NCBI GenBank assembly: GCA_964543525.1
Contig: CAZIYW010000011.1
Span: forward strand, 1,300-65,299
DNA from: an uncultured Fibrobacterota bacterium
Lineage (GTDB): Bacteria; Fibrobacterota; Chitinivibrionia; Chitinivibrionales; JANQEN01
Reading direction: 5' to 3'
Length of the DNA stretch: 64,000 bases
Position numbers and translations under genes: made by a program. Of this stretch, positions 52,169-62,507 are shown in pieces (the first letter of the stretch is position 1; every line of letters begins with the position of its first letter). The notes beneath the pieces are model-generated. The model did no database searches and had not been told where the DNA came from. It worked only from the letters and a program-made list of their open reading frames with translations.

Positions 52169-53086
52169 ATGAAAACAGTCAGATTCCTGTTATCCGTTTG
52201 TCTATTCGGTACACTACTGTTACATGCCCGGGAATGGTCTTTTGCGGTTATTTCCGACTCGCGGGACGATCGTGCCACCTATAACAATGCGCTTCGGGAA
52301 ATACGGGACATGCGGGTGAATCCCGACAGTACATTTACACCGGCGGAATTTATCATTCTGGGAGGAGATTTCGATCCGGTAAAGGAAACCTACAAGGATT
52401 ATAAAGAGGTTTTTGCCGAAACCGGCTCAATGAAAGCTTTCTTTCCGGTAAAGGGTAACCATGATGTCAAAAAAAGGGATGTTTCATTCATTACCGACCA
52501 TATACTTCCTGAACTGGACAGCATTACCGTTCAAAACGAGGACTGTGTTAATTATTACATAGACTGGAACAATGTCAGAATTATCGTTGTGGATCAGTAT
52601 TCTGATTTCGGGAGTGAGGGGTGCATCAACAGCGCAGGGAAAGAGTGGGTTGAAAAATGTATTCAGTCGGCGGGTCACAAGGATCATGTCTTTATCTGTT
52701 ACCATGAACCGGCATTCCCGAGAAAACAGCATACCGGCGATTCATTCAATGCCTGTCCGGATGACCGGGACGCGTTCTGGAATATGCTTTTAAAATACAG
52801 AAGCAAGGTAAAAGCGGTATTCAACGGTCATATCCATTATTATTATCGCATACGGGTAGCGGATCCCACCGCAAAAGAGGCGCAGGATCTGAGCGCCTGC
52901 CCTGATCATAAAGACGGTATCTATCAAATCAACAGCGGCGCCTGCGGCCAGGGAACACGCAATACTATTGTCAAGGTGCAGATTGACGGCGAGCGTATTT
53001 CCGTTTTCGTTCTTGACGCTGAAGAGGGCAAGAATAAACCGTTTTCGGTCATAGACAAATGGGATATTTCAGAAGCTCACGAATAG
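52169..53086 (+). CDS. Secreted calcineurin-like metallophosphoesterase
   Basis: Signal peptide; ISDSR, GGDF, KGNHD, YHEP, FNGHIH. Confidence 0.85.
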   Translation: MKTVRFLLSVCLFGTLLLHAREWSFAVISDSRDDRATYNNALREIRDMRVNPDSTFTPAEFIILGGDFDPVKETYKDYKEVFAETGSMKAFFPVKGNHDVKKRDVSFITDHILPELDSITVQNEDCVNYYIDWNNVRIIVVDQYSDFGSEGCINSAGKEWVEKCIQSAGHKDHVFICYHEPAFPRKQHTGDSFNACPDDRDAFWNMLLKYRSKVKAVFNGHIHYYYRIRVADPTAKEAQDLSACPDHKDGIYQINSGACGQGTRNTIVKVQIDGERISVFVLDAEEGKNKPFSVIDKWDISEAHE

Positions 53087-53799
53087 TCGTCTCAATGGTT
53101 TTCTCTCAATTAATAAAAAGGGAGAATAATAGTTGACAGGATGGTTACTCCCGGTGAACCTGTCTTTCTAAATAATTATGTCATTGGCGCCTGTCTGGTC
53201 AGCATTAAAAGCACTAACATTATTTGTACAACCTGAATTTTGCACTGATTATCTTATTGTAAATGTTCCTTTTCCATTTTCAGATTTTCATGCAAAATAT
53301 TTTTTGCACGATATTCTATCCTGCTTTTTTATAATATTTTGCTTTGGTATTTGACTTTCGTTTTTCTCGACGTCTCCTGCCAGGATATTCAGGAAAATCA
53401 ATTATTTCAGCAGACCGTGTGTCGTGAACCGAATATCTAATCTTTGTTTCCTCACTGCGGGTTACGATTTTCGCTGGGATATACAACATCTTAAGCCGGG
53501 AAATACGTATCGTTGCGTCCAAAATATCGCTATGATAGTTCTCCGCCGGCTTTTCTCCTTCAGTTTCTGCCTCATAGCGGTGTCCATCCACCAGCTTCAT
53601 CCATCGCCATAAGTTATATGCAAGCATGACAATCTGAAAAAACGCATGATTGCTTTGGAATTTTCTGAGGGAACAGCAGGAATACCTTCATGCTGTGCTT
53701 CTTTTATAGAATTATCTACATCAGCCCGTTTATCATAATTTGGTATAACATTGCGAGGCCGTGTCTTAAGGTTAGTAACGAATATTCGGTACACATAAT

Positions 53800-53816
53800 T
53801 AGTGCCTGTCCGAAAA
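53800..53816. repeat. Solo terminal repeat of the MITE family
   Basis: TAGTGCCTGTCCGAAAA, 15/17 identical to the left end at 46259; lies where the IS1380 transposase is cut. Confidence 0.6.
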
Positions 53817-53834
53817 CCGGTTAAATTTAATTAA

Positions 53835-54207
53835 AAGGCTCACAGGTTCGAACTGATTCTTGGAAAGGTTATGCTGCTGTGAAAAATAATGGATATACTC
53901 ATAAGAAAGTTAATATATCCCAAAGTGGTGATCCTGCGCATGTTAGTATGCCAGGTGTGCATAGGATCGCTTCACTTTTAAAACGTTGGTTGCTTGGTAC
54001 ACATCAAGGTTCAGTAAGTTCAAAGCACTTGGATTATTTTTTAGATGAATACACATTTAGATTTAATAGACGGAAATCAAAGTCACGGGGAATGTTATTT
54101 TATCGTTTGCTACAACAAGCAGTCAGAATTCAGGCTGTGACATACTGAGAACTTGCAGATGGCTAATTTTTTTTTAAAAAAACAGGGGTATTTAAGAGCA
54201 TACTCCC
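53835..54207 (+). mobile_element. IS1595-family transposase 3' fragment
   Basis: GSQVRTDSWKGY..PGVHRIASLLKRWLLGTHQG..HLDYFLDEYTFRFNRR; right boundary approximate. Confidence 0.8.
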
Positions 54208-54793
54208 TATAATTAAATTAAGAAACCTCTCTCATACTCACAACATACTCGCCTTTATTTAATACCCATGGAACTGCAAAACCTCTTATTTTCATGTATT
54301 AAAGAATTACACCTTATCTCTTAAATTTCAATAACTTTGTGTCTTGTCTTTGTGGCTATGAATAATTCGGGCTAATTAATTGGGACATTTTTTTGAGCGT
54401 TTTATTTGGAGACGGGTGTTAATAAAATACGGGATTATCCTTGATTGCGCTTATCGTGTCAGATGCTTTTAAGGATTCAATAGTATTTATAAATTTGTGT
54501 CTTGTATCTCTACTATTTATAACAAATTACGCTTTTTATAGAAAAAAACGACATTATTGTCGCAAAATATTTACATAATATATGTTATATTCTATAGTTG
54601 CTATGTTACCTGGGAAAATGGGAAGGGAGTCCGTAATATTTTCCTGCCTTTTACACTGTGTCGTGGGGAGAAATTTCATATTTCCGTTATTTGGGGGGAG
54701 TTTTTATTAAAACTCCTTTTTTGTCAGTATGACTGGTATGAAATCTGATTTGCGTTAAAAGTTGTCTCTTAAAGTATCTTCGAGGAGATAGGA

Positions 54794-56656
54794 ATGATCC
54801 GTTTCAGCTCTCTGGTTTTTTTTCTGTTTGTAATCTGTTCTCACGTGTCTGGTGTTGAGGTAACCACTTATAATTCCTCTATCAATCTTGCCGAGGCCAT
54901 GAAACAGACCCTGTGTCCAACAACACCCTCCGGTATAACCAATTTTACTGCGAATTATACTACCATCGCCGGTGAGAGTATGGCCGGTACCTATAAAAAA
55001 TTACCTCTTATAGATGGGGTGCAGTTGGAAGACGGGGTCGTATTGACCAGCGGGAAAGCAATTGATTGTGTCGGGCCCAATGATCACGGCAGTAAAACAA
55101 CAAGTTTCGGTTATCCGGCAGATAATGATCTGCAGAGTTTAGTGGGGACAATGGTCTTTGATCCATCGGTAATGGTACTGAACTTTGAATCTGATCAGAC
55201 GATAACAGGTATAACCTTTGATTTCATTTTCGGGTCGGAAGAGTGGAAAGAGTATGTGGGAAGTCAATTTAATGATATTTTTGTCTGTCTGCTGGATGGG
55301 AGAAATATCTGTCTTGATTCCGATACCAACCTGATTGGCATTAACAGTCCGGAATTCAAGGTCGATAATCTTGACGATCACCTTGACATGCAGTATGACG
55401 GCTTCACTGTTCCGTTACGAACTTCGACCACTCTCAGCCCCGGTCAGCACACCCTGAAATTTGCCGTAGCCGATGTTTCAGATGCGCTGCTTGATGCCGG
55501 TGTATTTCTCTCTAATTTTTCATTTACCTTTTCCGGTAAAGAGGGTACCTATCCCATTGACAGCCTGCATGATTCCATTCCGCGCCTTATTGCCCACCCG
55601 AGCCCGACTGAAGAAAGACGGCCGACCCTTTACTGGCATCCGCTACAGATGCCGCAGGCTGTTTACACGATCCAGATTGACACAACCGGCACGTTCCTCT
55701 CCCCGATAGTAAGCCTCCCGGTGGCTGATACGGTATATACACCGGCTGTGGATCTGCCGATCGATACCATTTACTGGCGGGTGAAGGAATCCGGCGGCCG
55801 CTGGTCACCGCACAGTGTCTTTGAGATTATTCCTGATATGAATTTAGTACCGAAGATTATTCCGTATGTTCCCAAGGTTACCCAGAACGTTACCCCGACT
55901 CTCAGCTGGCACAGTGTGTCCGGTGCAGCATTATATATTCTTTCGATAGATGATGACTATAATTTTTCGTCGCCGATTACCACCACTCCCCTTTCCGACA
56001 CGACCTATACACCGGTGATAGCACTGCCCTATGGCCCGATATACTGGCATGTAAAATCAGATCTTGTCGACTACTGGTCTGAGCCAGATAAGATTTGGAT
56101 TGTACCCGATACGATACCTTTTATTATCAGGTATAACGGCAACACTACCAGTAACGCGCGTCCTGAATTTAAATGGCACCCGGTTACCGGCGCGACATCA
56201 TACAAGATTCTGGTGTCTGATACCAACCTTTTCTTAAATCCGATTATACTTCCTGTAGCGGATACGGTTTGTGTTCTGCCTGCAGCCCTTGCAGCCGGGG
56301 TGTGGTATTGGCAGGTTAGCAGCAGCAGGAACCTTGCACTGTTTTGTCCTTATGACAGTCTGGTTATCGATCCTTCAGAAGTTGTACCGTCTGTTTCAGA
56401 AAGTAAAAAGGGAGTGCAAATCATACAGGGGGTAAATGGGTGCAGGATAATTTTTCACAGCGCATTGGGAAATGGAATATGGGTTCGGATTTTCTCGTTG
56501 CAGGGGAAGGTAATTGCAGAGTTGTCAATCCGCACGAATAGCTTCATGTGGGATTACACTGATAAGAACGGATTGTCCGTTCCCGCCGGGATGTATATCA
56601 TGCATATAATAAACGGGAAAGAGGAGCTGTTTCGGAAGGTACAGGTTATTCGGTAA
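54794..56656 (+). CDS. Secreted choice-of-anchor-L-like protein with 3 FN3-like stalk repeats and a T9SS-type C-terminal domain
   Basis: GVVLTSG..FDFIFGSEEWKEYVGSQFND..DGF..ADVSDALLDAGVF; 3x P.L.WH..Y...YW.V; tail IFSLQGKVI..WD..G.Y. Confidence 0.8.
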   Translation: MIRFSSLVFFLFVICSHVSGVEVTTYNSSINLAEAMKQTLCPTTPSGITNFTANYTTIAGESMAGTYKKLPLIDGVQLEDGVVLTSGKAIDCVGPNDHGSKTTSFGYPADNDLQSLVGTMVFDPSVMVLNFESDQTITGITFDFIFGSEEWKEYVGSQFNDIFVCLLDGRNICLDSDTNLIGINSPEFKVDNLDDHLDMQYDGFTVPLRTSTTLSPGQHTLKFAVADVSDALLDAGVFLSNFSFTFSGKEGTYPIDSLHDSIPRLIAHPSPTEERRPTLYWHPLQMPQAVYTIQIDTTGTFLSPIVSLPVADTVYTPAVDLPIDTIYWRVKESGGRWSPHSVFEIIPDMNLVPKIIPYVPKVTQNVTPTLSWHSVSGAALYILSIDDDYNFSSPITTTPLSDTTYTPVIALPYGPIYWHVKSDLVDYWSEPDKIWIVPDTIPFIIRYNGNTTSNARPEFKWHPVTGATSYKILVSDTNLFLNPIILPVADTVCVLPAALAAGVWYWQVSSSRNLALFCPYDSLVIDPSEVVPSVSESKKGVQIIQGVNGCRIIFHSALGNGIWVRIFSLQGKVIAELSIRTNSFMWDYTDKNGLSVPAGMYIMHIINGKEELFRKVQVIR

Positions 56657-56677
56657 GATTTACAGGCAGGTAGTCTT

Positions 56678-58621
56678 ATGAATTCATTACTACAAAAAAA
56701 TAGAATGGTAAGGATATTCATATCATTTTGCTGTGTATTGGTGATCTGCCAGGCACATGGTTTTACCGCACAAACCGGTAAAAGCGATCGCTCGCCAGGT
56801 TCAATTGTTTTCATCCTTGATGTTTCAATCTCAAATCATCAGACCGATAATAATGGAAAAAGGTTTGAGATCCTTAAAGGTATTGTAGACTCCCTTTACA
56901 GGATGGATTCTGAAATAATGATAGGGCTGGTTTTTTTTGCCGGTAATTTATGGTTTTATCCTCCTGATGACTCTCTTTTTGTAGATTTCCCCGACCATCC
57001 GGGAGGGTTTGTCCCCCTGTTACAAACCAGTGATGAGTATTCCGGGATTTATACACTTACCGATAATTTGGGGAATATAATCAGCCAGACACCCTATACG
57101 AAAAAAGGGATAGATGTTTTAAAAATGTATCTTGATACAACCAGAAGATCCTCGACTTGGGGTGTTGAGCCCAAATACCGCCCCTCTTCCTCGATTAGTG
57201 CAGGTTCGAGCATAACCGAGGCTTTTGATGCCGCAAAATACGCGCTCCTGAATTCTCCTCATGATAAAGACAGACAGTTTATCGTTTTTATAACTGATGG
57301 TGGAGGCACTACCAATAATGACTATGTTCTCGGGCTGAATACCCCTGCTACATTTACTGTCTATTACAATCCCCAGAGCCCGGATGATCTTGCCGACTTA
57401 CAGCTAATGACTACTAATATCAGTAGTAACGGCTTTTCTGCATCCAACCCGAAAAGCGATTTGTGGGATATGAGTGTTGGATTAGCTGCCCTGATGGATC
57501 AATTGCTAAAACTTGTTTTTAACAGTAACAAGATTCCGGCGTTAATCCCGGTTGCAAGCCCGACATTTAATAGAAGGCCGGCCATGCAGTGGCATAAACC
57601 GGCTGATGCTGTCACTGCATATACACTACAGGTTAGTACAACCAGTGATTTCTCATCACCAATAGTCAATGTGCCGGTAACTGATACATTATACACCGCT
57701 CCAATAGATTTACCACCGGGTATGATTTACTGGCGTGTCCGTGGTGACGATTCTCCCTGGTCCGGTGCGAGCTCATTTGAAATCCTCGATGACCGGGTGC
57801 CTCTTCTTATACACTATCAAAGTCCCACACTCAACCGTAAACCCACGCTCACCTGGTACAAACCATCATCACCACCCACAGCATTTTACAGCATTATGAT
57901 CGCGGATAATGCACAAATGACCACCCCGTTGGTAGATGCACAGGTTGCTGATACATTCTACACCTGTACCGATGCATTACCACTGGGAACAATATACTGG
58001 AAAGTGAAATCGGATCTGGTCGCTACCTGGTCGAAAATCGGCGCCTTTGATATTCAACCGGATTCTATACCGTTCCTTTTCAGATATAACGGGCAGGAGA
58101 TAACCACCCGGCGGCCTGATTTCAAATGGTACACGGTCATCGGAGCCGACTCGTATAAACTGATGATTGCCGATAATAACAGCTTTGCAAATGCAATAAT
58201 ACTGCCGCTGCCCGATACGGTGTATTCAATGCAGACGGATCTGGCATTTGGTAAGTGGTTCTGGAAAGTAAGCTCGAGTAAAAACCTTTCCCTGTTCAGC
58301 CAGGTGGATAGTCTGATTATCGATATTACACCGGTAAATACCCACAACAGTAAATCAGCAGAGATATATAAAATTTTCCAGTCAGTACGTTCAATTAGAA
58401 TAATTTTTAATAATATGATAGGGCAATATACGAAGGCCGCTATCTATTCATTGGATGGTAGATTAATTACTGAATTTACACCAGCGAACTCCGGAAAAAT
58501 CGAATTTGTATGGGACTACTCAAACAAATACGGTTCGAGAGTATCGAAAGGTGTTTATTTGGTTAGAATATTTCATGGTGACGTATGTGGGGTATACAGA
58601 GTACTTTTGTCAAGACAGTGA
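56678..58621 (+). CDS. Secreted VWA-domain protein with 3 stalk repeats and a T9SS-type C-terminal domain
   Basis: MIDAS DVSIS, IVFITDG; same three repeats as the upstream gene; tail IYSLDGRLI..WDY..GVYL. Confidence 0.82.
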   Translation: MNSLLQKNRMVRIFISFCCVLVICQAHGFTAQTGKSDRSPGSIVFILDVSISNHQTDNNGKRFEILKGIVDSLYRMDSEIMIGLVFFAGNLWFYPPDDSLFVDFPDHPGGFVPLLQTSDEYSGIYTLTDNLGNIISQTPYTKKGIDVLKMYLDTTRRSSTWGVEPKYRPSSSISAGSSITEAFDAAKYALLNSPHDKDRQFIVFITDGGGTTNNDYVLGLNTPATFTVYYNPQSPDDLADLQLMTTNISSNGFSASNPKSDLWDMSVGLAALMDQLLKLVFNSNKIPALIPVASPTFNRRPAMQWHKPADAVTAYTLQVSTTSDFSSPIVNVPVTDTLYTAPIDLPPGMIYWRVRGDDSPWSGASSFEILDDRVPLLIHYQSPTLNRKPTLTWYKPSSPPTAFYSIMIADNAQMTTPLVDAQVADTFYTCTDALPLGTIYWKVKSDLVATWSKIGAFDIQPDSIPFLFRYNGQEITTRRPDFKWYTVIGADSYKLMIADNNSFANAIILPLPDTVYSMQTDLAFGKWFWKVSSSKNLSLFSQVDSLIIDITPVNTHNSKSAEIYKIFQSVRSIRIIFNNMIGQYTKAAIYSLDGRLITEFTPANSGKIEFVWDYSNKYGSRVSKGVYLVRIFHGDVCGVYRVLLSRQ

Positions 58622-58658
58622 ATGTAGAATGTTAAGGTAAGTAAGATTGAAGAATTTT

Positions 58659-60047
58659 ATGAAAAGTAAAATTACAGTTATTAAAGTCTTTCTTTTTTTA
58701 ATCTCTGCTTTTGCCCTATCATGGGCTAAAACCTCAGCTTTAGATGATATACTATCGAAAGGCAGTCGAGTTTCCGTCATGTTTGTCTTTGACAACTCGA
58801 CCAGCATGTTTCTGTATCTGGCGAATAATCCTCATCCCAATCCGAACGATTCCGACGGTGTGCGGTATACTGTTGCGCGGGAGTTATTGGATTCTATTTA
58901 TGCACGATCGCCCTCGTCTGAGGTCGGTATTGCTGCTTATGCAACCCATCTCTATTTTGATCCGCAGGATGATCCGCTCTTTACAGCAATTGATTCTACC
59001 GGATACAATCTGCTGGGAGGATATATTCCCCTGCTGCAACTGGACAAGGCCACAACGGTTGGCAATAATACCGGGAAGACCGGGTATGACGTGTTAAAGC
59101 AGTATCTCACTTTAAAAGATTACACCTTTGTCTATCAGAACCATGAAAATATCTATAAAAATCCGGCATATGTACCCACCGGAACCCAGCTTAATCCGTT
59201 GACCGTAGAACCTTCAGGGACAAATGTGTGGGGAGGTTTTGCTGCGGTAAAGCAGGCAATGAAAAGCAGCATTAATGAAAGGGAGTACCAGTATGCTGTT
59301 TTCTTTTCCGATGGAGAGCAGGGACATGTGGGGGATGCCGGACCAGTCGGTTTTGACTGGGATGATCTGGCATCAGTAAATGCACCAACCACCTTTGCCG
59401 CCTATCTTGATACAACCGGGATTCTATTTCAAATAGAAAACTTTATTGAATTAATTAAAGAAAACGGATATTCTATCAATAATCCAAATTCCCTGCTTAT
59501 GGCCTTTCATCCGCTCCAAACCGTGCAGAAGGAACTCTATAAAAATAAAGTTATAAAACTACTGTTTAATGATATGCCGCAGGTCGCACTTATTCCCTGT
59601 CAAAGCCCGACCTATAACAGGCGTCCAACTCTTACCTGGCACACTGCAGGGGTTTCAACCTATACCATACAGATTGCACCGTCACCGGATATGTCACAGC
59701 TTATAGTCAGTGTTCCGGTAACGGATACGTTATATACTTCGCAGGTAGATTTACCTATAGACACGCTCTACTGGCGGGTGAAAGGTGACAACATGGCCTG
59801 GTCTGATATTGGCTCATTTGAAATTATTCCGCAGACCTCTATTAACACGATCAATACAGGGAATCATGCAAATTTAGTAAACAGGAAGACACAAATTGAG
59901 ATATATACTTTGGATGGTAGGTGTATCGGTAGTTATGATCAGTTGAAAACAGGATTAATTAACCGGAAGATTTCTTCCGGGATATATATAGTGAAAGTGA
60001 AAACCGGGGGAAAAATATCACTTTTTAAAAAGATGATTAATCGCTGA
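58659..60047 (+). CDS. Secreted VWA-domain protein with 1 stalk repeat and a T9SS-type C-terminal domain
   Basis: MIDAS DNSTS, VFFSDG; one repeat; tail IYTLDGR..GIYIVKV; ATG 58659. Confidence 0.82.
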   Translation: MKSKITVIKVFLFLISAFALSWAKTSALDDILSKGSRVSVMFVFDNSTSMFLYLANNPHPNPNDSDGVRYTVARELLDSIYARSPSSEVGIAAYATHLYFDPQDDPLFTAIDSTGYNLLGGYIPLLQLDKATTVGNNTGKTGYDVLKQYLTLKDYTFVYQNHENIYKNPAYVPTGTQLNPLTVEPSGTNVWGGFAAVKQAMKSSINEREYQYAVFFSDGEQGHVGDAGPVGFDWDDLASVNAPTTFAAYLDTTGILFQIENFIELIKENGYSINNPNSLLMAFHPLQTVQKELYKNKVIKLLFNDMPQVALIPCQSPTYNRRPTLTWHTAGVSTYTIQIAPSPDMSQLIVSVPVTDTLYTSQVDLPIDTLYWRVKGDNMAWSDIGSFEIIPQTSINTINTGNHANLVNRKTQIEIYTLDGRCIGSYDQLKTGLINRKISSGIYIVKVKTGGKISLFKKMINR

Positions 60048-60093
60048 TAGCGCTGCGCCAAAATTAAGTTGCGCAGGTTTATAATAAGAGAGC

Positions 60094-62151
60094 ATGTGTA
60101 TGAAAAAAGTTGTAGTATATTTCCTTTTTTTATTGTCTTACGTTTATGCTTCAGAAGAATTCATACATTATCACAATATGGATTTAATATATTCATTGGC
60201 AATTGATAGTGATACTGTCTGGACAGGCACCTCTGGCGGAATAATTAAAAGGAATTTACAGGGCGAGATTCTTGAAACATATCTCAAGGAAGACGGCTTT
60301 TATGGCGCCGGCACAACAGTTATTGCTGTTGATAAAAATGGCTATAAATGGTTTAATTCTTACACTGGTATACACAAGTTTGACGGCAGTACCTGGGAAA
60401 AATTTGACACATCGGATGGTTTACTGGGAAAGAGTTCAAGTGGAATTGCATCGGACTCGAAAGGCAATGTCTGGGTAGCAATCTGGGGAAAGGGTGTAAA
60501 CAGATTTGATGGAACGAAATGGGAAGCATTTACTGAAGATGATGGCTTAATCACAAATGAAATCTATTGTCTGACAATTGATACTTCAGATAATGTCTGG
60601 ATTGGAACAAATGATGGAATAAGTATGTTTGATGGCACAAACTGGACATCATATACTGTTGCCGACAGCTTACCTGATGACTGGATTAATGCAATTACTG
60701 TCGATGACAGTAATAATATCTGGGCAGGCACCGGTGATGGAGTATGCAAATTTAACGGGACAACATGGGAAACATTAAATTCAGTCGATATCAGTTGTAT
60801 CACCATTGATAAAAATGGTACTGTCTGGGCCGGGACTCATTATTATCTGCTTCGGTATGATGGAGACGAATGGGAAAGAATCACCACAGAAGACGGCCTT
60901 GCAGATAATTATATAACAGAACTGGCTGTTGATTATAATAATAATCTCTGGGTGGGAACTGTATATCGATTGTGTATGTTTGACGGTACTAACTGGCATA
61001 TTTTCCGAGACACGAATTCTCTGGTAGATATGACAGTTAATTCAGTTGCTGTGGATAAAAACAACAACAAGTGGTTCGGTACAAGAAGGGGATTAAGTTT
61101 GTTTGATGGAATTTCATGGAAAACATATGATTCCACGAATGGCCTACCCGGTAACGAGATTTATAAGCTGCATACAGACAATGAAGGTGACCTCTGGTGT
61201 ATTGTCCGGGATGCCGGTATCTGCAAGCACGACGGGACATCATGGACCACAATCGACTCCCTGGCAGGATTCCACACAAAAGAAATTACTTCAATGACAT
61301 CAGACAAGTACGGCAATATGTGGTTTGGTATAGCCGGTGTCGGGGTATTTAAATATGACGGTTCTACCTGTGAAATGTTTGATACATCCAGCGGGTTGCC
61401 GGATGGAAATGTCGGCAAAATTGCTGTCGATAACGATGGCAACCTGTGGGCCAATATGTACTATAATGGCGTGGCTGAATTCGATGGGGTAGCATGGACA
61501 ATGTATGATTCGTCAGACGGGCTTTACCCGGACCGGGTGTCTCATATAGCTGTTGATTCTTATGGTAATGTATGGGCCGGTTCCGTCTATTGGGGAGTAA
61601 GTAAATATGATGGAACCGCCTGGAAGTCATTAGTATCAGGATTGACAATCCGGGTTGAAGATATGGTTGCGGATAGAAAAGGAAATGTCTGGTTTTGTAT
61701 GGAAAAGGGGTGTATTCTTAAATACAGCAATAATGGTAAGAAAACGATTAAATTATCCGACGGTCCGTATAAACTTAATACTGTTGTATATTCCGCTGCC
61801 TATGATAACGATGATACCATGTGGTTTGGAACAGGTGATGGGGTTATTGTTCTCATTGATACAAGTACCAATAGTATAAACCAGTTGCCGATTACCGGTA
61901 TTTCTGAAAAGAGAGTATTTATTTCCGGCCAAAACCTGGTTATTAAACATAATCAGTTTAGCAACCCAAATACATCTATTTTTCTGTATACCCTGTCTGG
62001 AAGATGCGTTAAGAAGAAAGTCCTGTCCAATTGCCCTGCTGATAAAGACATCCTGATGAATATCAACGATCTGGCAAATAATATCTATATCTGTAAAGTT
62101 AAAAATGGGAAGGGAACGGTTTTTTCTGAGAAGTTTCTTGTTTGCCAATAA
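60094..62151 (+). CDS. Secreted beta-propeller repeat protein (two-component-regulator-propeller type, PorZ-like) with a T9SS-type C-terminal domain
   Basis: More than 10 repeats of DGL..N.I..IA.D...N.W.GT; no TM or kinase domain; tail LYTLSGR..NIYICKV. Confidence 0.8.
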   Translation: MCMKKVVVYFLFLLSYVYASEEFIHYHNMDLIYSLAIDSDTVWTGTSGGIIKRNLQGEILETYLKEDGFYGAGTTVIAVDKNGYKWFNSYTGIHKFDGSTWEKFDTSDGLLGKSSSGIASDSKGNVWVAIWGKGVNRFDGTKWEAFTEDDGLITNEIYCLTIDTSDNVWIGTNDGISMFDGTNWTSYTVADSLPDDWINAITVDDSNNIWAGTGDGVCKFNGTTWETLNSVDISCITIDKNGTVWAGTHYYLLRYDGDEWERITTEDGLADNYITELAVDYNNNLWVGTVYRLCMFDGTNWHIFRDTNSLVDMTVNSVAVDKNNNKWFGTRRGLSLFDGISWKTYDSTNGLPGNEIYKLHTDNEGDLWCIVRDAGICKHDGTSWTTIDSLAGFHTKEITSMTSDKYGNMWFGIAGVGVFKYDGSTCEMFDTSSGLPDGNVGKIAVDNDGNLWANMYYNGVAEFDGVAWTMYDSSDGLYPDRVSHIAVDSYGNVWAGSVYWGVSKYDGTAWKSLVSGLTIRVEDMVADRKGNVWFCMEKGCILKYSNNGKKTIKLSDGPYKLNTVVYSAAYDNDDTMWFGTGDGVIVLIDTSTNSINQLPITGISEKRVFISGQNLVIKHNQFSNPNTSIFLYTLSGRCVKKKVLSNCPADKDILMNINDLANNIYICKVKNGKGTVFSEKFLVCQ

Positions 62152-62507
62152 AAGAGATTTTTATCTTTTAACTAGTTTCTTCAATCTTCCGTGCTCCCTC
62201 CAGATCTCATGCAACTTAACTATGACGATACCGCTAATTGGGAGGTATCCCGATTTTACATCGTGAGCGAGCGTCCCAAAACTTAAATATTTTCTTATTT
62301 TTTAAATTATTGCTATAATAGAATTAACCAACAATTATTCGAAAAATGTTTTATCTTATACAGTATCGAGGTATATACAATAATAATTGTATAGCACTAA
62401 GGTGGGGACCTGTGAAAATCTGCGTAACGTGTTCCATTTCGGGCAATTACGGGATTTTTGCAGATTATTACTTTTTCATTACCGGTTTTTCAGGAAGGGT
62501 TGTTCTA

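Larger units (their letters stand above)
53232..54371 (-). mobile_element. Degenerate IS1380-family element (internally deleted, interrupted)
   Basis: Imperfect ends CCTGAATTTTGCACTG (53232) and CCCGAATTATTCATAG (reverse complement of 54356-54371); frameshifted transposase pieces YRIFVTN..YDKRAD..IKEAQ / MLAYNLWRW..R...YIPAKI at 53316-53794. Confidence 0.75.

Noticed and set aside
62200-62290. attC-like site (GTTAAGT with GATACC/GGTATC stem) after the propeller gene
   Set aside because: No AAC-ending R'' box at the correct distance, and the arm offset is two bases
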